A stretch of 50,682 nt of DNA from an uncultured Nitrospiraceae bacterium (GTDB lineage Bacteria > Pseudomonadota > Gammaproteobacteria > Acidiferrobacterales > SPGG2), in assembly GCA_964347935.1 (NCBI GenBank), contig CAYGAS010000078.1, positions 1 through 50,682 of the forward strand, in the 5' to 3' direction. A program made the position numbers and the translations under genes. The notes under the pieces were generated by a model. That model worked only from the letters and a program-made list of their open reading frames with translations. It ran no database searches and had not been told where the DNA came from. Position 1 is the first letter of the stretch. The number at the start of each line of letters is the position of its first letter. Shown in pieces: positions 48,251 through 50,682 of this stretch.

Positions 48251-48904
48251 CGTTGACGTGCCTTCCGAAGTTATACGTGTACCGATAATGGTGCCGCCCC
48301 TTAATGGCTTGTAAGCCGTTAGCAGGCGTAAGCCAACGACAGCTTATCAGAGCATCGAGCTCGCAGCCGAAACATTCGGCCACCGATTTTTATTTCTGTC
48401 TCGCAAACGATTTCCTAAACAACACTTTCGGTCAAAGAAATTTTCATTTTGATCCGACGCGCAATGATCATCGTGCACACGGCGCGACTGGGCGCACGGG
48501 TCCTTGTCGCCCGCGACCGCCGTGGTGGTCGCGCGCCCGATGGCACGCCCCGCCGACGCCGCAGCGGGTTAATAAAAACTATTTATTTCAATGGCTTAGA
48601 AAATTGCCCGACTGACGTTTTTGGGCCAAATGTTGCCCTCCTCGGTCGCTGGCGGGCGGCCCGACGGGCCCCCACAGCGCTCCAATCGTCTCAGACGGGA
48701 CCGCTGCACCCCCCCTTGCTCGAAGGCCCGGTCGAACGCTTCCATAACTACATGATTTCAATACTGATAATTTGGGGTCCCTGGGTGCTCGTCGAACTGG
48801 CACGCCGCTTGCGTTGCACTAGTAGATACCCGCGGGAGACGGGTAGCTGACATCCGCAGGGAGGCGCGAGGAGACGATGAGATGGCCTAGCTGAAGACGC
48901 GAAA

Positions 48905-49000
48905 CACCGCACACCGATAAGGGCTGCCTTGCCGAAAGGCAAGGTTCGCAAAGCCGGAGCCTACGTCCGATGAGGATAAGGCCGACCCGGTTGCCGAAGT
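48905..49000 (+). ncRNA. Candidate c-di-GMP-I (GEMM-I)-like riboswitch aptamer (divergent)
   Basis: Three blocks resemble the remembered V. cholerae Vc2 aptamer. CCGCACA..AAGGGC parallels ACGCACAGGGC. A CCUUGCC-GAAA-GGCAAGG hairpin is followed by UUCGCAAAGCC, paralleling GACGCAAAGCC. AGCCGG...CCGGUUGCCGA parallels CCGG...GGGGUUACCGA. It deviates at GGCAAAC, which here reads GGCUGCC. Confidence 0.35.
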
Positions 49001-49021
49001 GGAAAGAGACCGAAGGTCTCG

Positions 49022-49056
49022 AGGCCTGCCCTTGTCGAGGAGCAGGCCTTTTTTTT
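49022..49056 (+). terminator. Rho-independent terminator-like hairpin (AGGCCTGC / GCAGGCCT) followed by T7
   Basis: 8-bp GC-rich stem, 12-nt loop, then TTTTTTT (49050-49056). It is preceded by a second hairpin, GAGACC-GAA-GGTCTC (49006-49020). Confidence 0.7.
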
Positions 49057-49161
49057 GTACAGCCTGGCTTTAACGGAACAGTGATTACGAACGGAACAGT
49101 GAGCACGACCGCCTTGGGACAAGGCCATCGACGTGACGTCGACTCGCATTCGACGCATGTC

Positions 49162-50682
49162 GTGCGTGCGTCTGCCATTCTCGGAAAAACGCTAAAAGCC
49201 TGGCTGCGTAAGCCGCTGTTGGTACTGTTTTCGTATTTCCTCCTCGCGTCACCAGCAGCATTCGCGGCCGTTGCGGTTGATACCACCTCGACCTCCAGCT
49301 TTAACGGCAATAGCACGAACAAGGACCATACGACTTCCGGTGTGAATCGATTGATGCTGGTGGGCGTTTCGATCCAGACGGAAGCCGGAGCTCCCTCCGT
49401 CAGCTCCATCACCTACAACTCCCTCCCGCTGTTTCAGGTAGGCACGCCGATCTCGTCGAGCGACGCGAAGACGCGCGTCGAGATTTGGGCGCTGGTGGGG
49501 CCACCGGTCGGCACCTACAACGTTCTAGTGACTTTGACAGGCGCTGCCGACGGCGGGACCGTCGGTATAACCACCTTCACTGGTGTTGATCAGGCAACAC
49601 CGCTGGGCGCCGCGGCATATGCGACCGCGGATACCGGCAATCCCACCGTGACGGTCAACGATACCGCAGTCGGTGAACTGGTATTCGACACCCTCGTCCA
49701 GGAATCGAGCTCCGACGAGATACTCGACCCGGGTCCGGGTCAAACTGAACTCTGGGAGGAATTCAGCACGCCCGCAAACGGCGCCGGCAGCATCGAGAAT
49801 GGCGCGGCATCCCCCGTCGTCATGTCTTGGACGTCCAGTACCACGAGCGAGAAATGGGTCATGGGCGGCGTATCCATCAAACCCGACACCGCCATCGCGC
49901 ACTGGCCACTTGACGAGGGTGCGGGTCAGACGGCCAACGACGTCTCGGGTAATGGCAACGACGGCACCCTCGGCACCACCGCCGGGGCCGATGCCCAGGA
50001 CCCGACCTGGCAATGTTCCCCCAGCGTTCTCAACTTTGACGGGATCGACGACGAGGTCCGTCTCACCAATGTCACCATTGGCGACCGTGCCGCCTTTACG
50101 ATCAGCGCCTGGATCAGAGTGGGTCCCGATACAGCCGACCAGCGAACCATTTACAGCGAGGGTGATACCACACAAAAGGAGTATCTCTTTCTGTACGTGG
50201 ATGACAGCACCAATAACGTCAGATTTTATTCTGAGGATAATCCCGGCACCAATTTTGCGCAGCTTCAGGGCACGTCGAACGTCGAAGATAATTTTTGGCA
50301 TCACGTCACCGTGGTGCAGCGCTCGAAAACCGACCGCGAGCTGTATGTCGATGGCCTGTCGGAGGACACCGATACCAATAATGCGGGCACTTACACCTTC
50401 GATACGGCCTCGATTGGATTATTGAGAACTAACTGGCCACCATTGACGGCTGTGGATCCCTTCCTTGGATTGATCGATGATGTCCGCATCTATGACCGCG
50501 CACTGAGCCAGGCCGAGATCACCGCCCTGGCCGCCTCGCCACCGGCGGGCGGCTGCGGGTTCGCCCCCGCCGTCACCTCGGCACTGGCCGAGATTGCCCC
50601 CAATGATGTGACGACGGGCTCGACGGGCAATGCCTTCACCTACGACATCTTGCCCACCATCAATGTGGGCGACTCGGGGGTC
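49162..50682 (+). CDS. Secreted LamG (concanavalin-A-like lectin) domain protein, 5' part; gene runs off the right edge
   Basis: Not in the ORF track because it has no stop. Frame 1 is open from 48847 to the window end. GTG 49162 gives MRASAILGKTLKAWLRKPLLVLFSYFLLASPAAFA, a Sec signal. The LamG block is AHWPLDEGAGQTANDVSGNGNDGTL...FDGIDDEVRL...FTISAWIR...FWHHVTVVQR...ELYVDG...GLIDDVRIYDRALSQAEI. Alternative in-frame starts are GTG 49081, GTG 49099 and ATG 48970. Confidence 0.8.
   Translation, partial: MRASAILGKTLKAWLRKPLLVLFSYFLLASPAAFAAVAVDTTSTSSFNGNSTNKDHTTSGVNRLMLVGVSIQTEAGAPSVSSITYNSLPLFQVGTPISSSDAKTRVEIWALVGPPVGTYNVLVTLTGAADGGTVGITTFTGVDQATPLGAAAYATADTGNPTVTVNDTAVGELVFDTLVQESSSDEILDPGPGQTELWEEFSTPANGAGSIENGAASPVVMSWTSSTTSEKWVMGGVSIKPDTAIAHWPLDEGAGQTANDVSGNGNDGTLGTTAGADAQDPTWQCSPSVLNFDGIDDEVRLTNVTIGDRAAFTISAWIRVGPDTADQRTIYSEGDTTQKEYLFLYVDDSTNNVRFYSEDNPGTNFAQLQGTSNVEDNFWHHVTVVQRSKTDRELYVDGLSEDTDTNNAGTYTFDTASIGLLRTNWPPLTAVDPFLGLIDDVRIYDRALSQAEITALAASPPAGGCGFAPAVTSALAEIAPNDVTTGSTGNAFTYDILPTINVGDSGV

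Noticed and set aside
48286-48325. Imperfect palindrome TTAATGGCTT-GT-AAGCCGTTAG upstream of the CoA-transferase gene
   Set aside because: Only 8 of 10 arm positions match and there is no second copy in the window. That is too weak to call an operator.
48592-48607. Sigma-54-like promoter TGGCTT-N6-TTGC upstream of the LamG leader
   Set aside because: The GG-to-GC spacing is one nucleotide longer than the strict -24/-12 geometry (TGGCAC-N5-TTGC), and the -24 hexamer is imperfect. A nearby TGGCAC (48541) has no TTGC partner. This is not sufficient to call a promoter.
49525-50425. 259-aa minus-strand and 250-aa plus-strand (frame 2) ORFs listed in the track
   Set aside because: Both overlap the frame-1 reading frame, which is open to the end of the window and encodes a signal peptide plus a textbook LamG domain. 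They are shadows of that unlisted gene.
1-50682. Search for CRISPR arrays, tRNA/rRNA/tmRNA/RNase P signatures, transposase, integrase, phage or defence-system genes
   Set aside because: I saw no spaced direct-repeat arrays, no tRNA T-arm/acceptor patterns and no recognisable mobile or defence protein motifs in any frame. The only repeat structures are the short intergenic elements reported above.

Overview
High-GC, proteobacterial-type chromosomal window with about 47 protein-coding genes. I found no rRNA, tRNA, CRISPR array, transposase, integrase or phage genes. Acyl-CoA metabolism dominates. The left edge holds a LIV-type ABC importer fragment with an acyl-CoA synthetase. Next is a TetR-led split B12-dependent acyl-CoA mutase (4.1-6.2 kb), then an SDR / acyl-CoA dehydrogenase / CoA-ligase / ComB-like / hydrolase operon (8.5-13.7 kb). 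A large branched-chain acyl-CoA block spans 25.8-48.3 kb. It contains fused IcmF back-to-back with a LiuR-like MerR regulator and isovaleryl-CoA dehydrogenase. It also contains a thiolase, two crotonases, a second CoA ligase, three PaaI hotdog thioesterases, two HCCA-isomerase/DsbA-like proteins, DUF2889, a type-2 3-hydroxyacyl-CoA dehydrogenase, ETF-QO, an OYE reductase, a long acyl-CoA dehydrogenase and a family III CoA-transferase. Between these blocks lie housekeeping or accessory genes: HIT, an Fe-S protein, a PP-loop ATPase, two GNATs, a DUF123 GIY-YIG protein, a CBS protein, an enolase-superfamily dehydratase, a DapA-like lyase, an O-methyltransferase, NhaA, a Tat-signal MsrB, a lipoprotein hydrolase and a PAS-GGDEF cyclase. 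The right edge carries an open-ended gene for a secreted LamG-domain protein, which is absent from the ORF track because it has no stop. It is preceded by a structured leader resembling a c-di-GMP-I (GEMM-I) aptamer plus an intrinsic terminator. The observations most worth follow-up are: (1) the split mutase, whose pocket residues match no characterised specificity; (2) an identical 16-bp perfect palindrome at two promoters, candidate LiuR operators that tie IcmF and a DUF2889 operon to the isovalerate regulon; (3) several unexplained intergenic repeat architectures (a heptamer inverted array, an ACGCA[G/A]A motif array and a 253-bp element bounded by inverted repeats); and (4) the riboswitch-like leader. 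No defence or mobile system is visible. All product calls come from motif recognition by eye, not from database searches.
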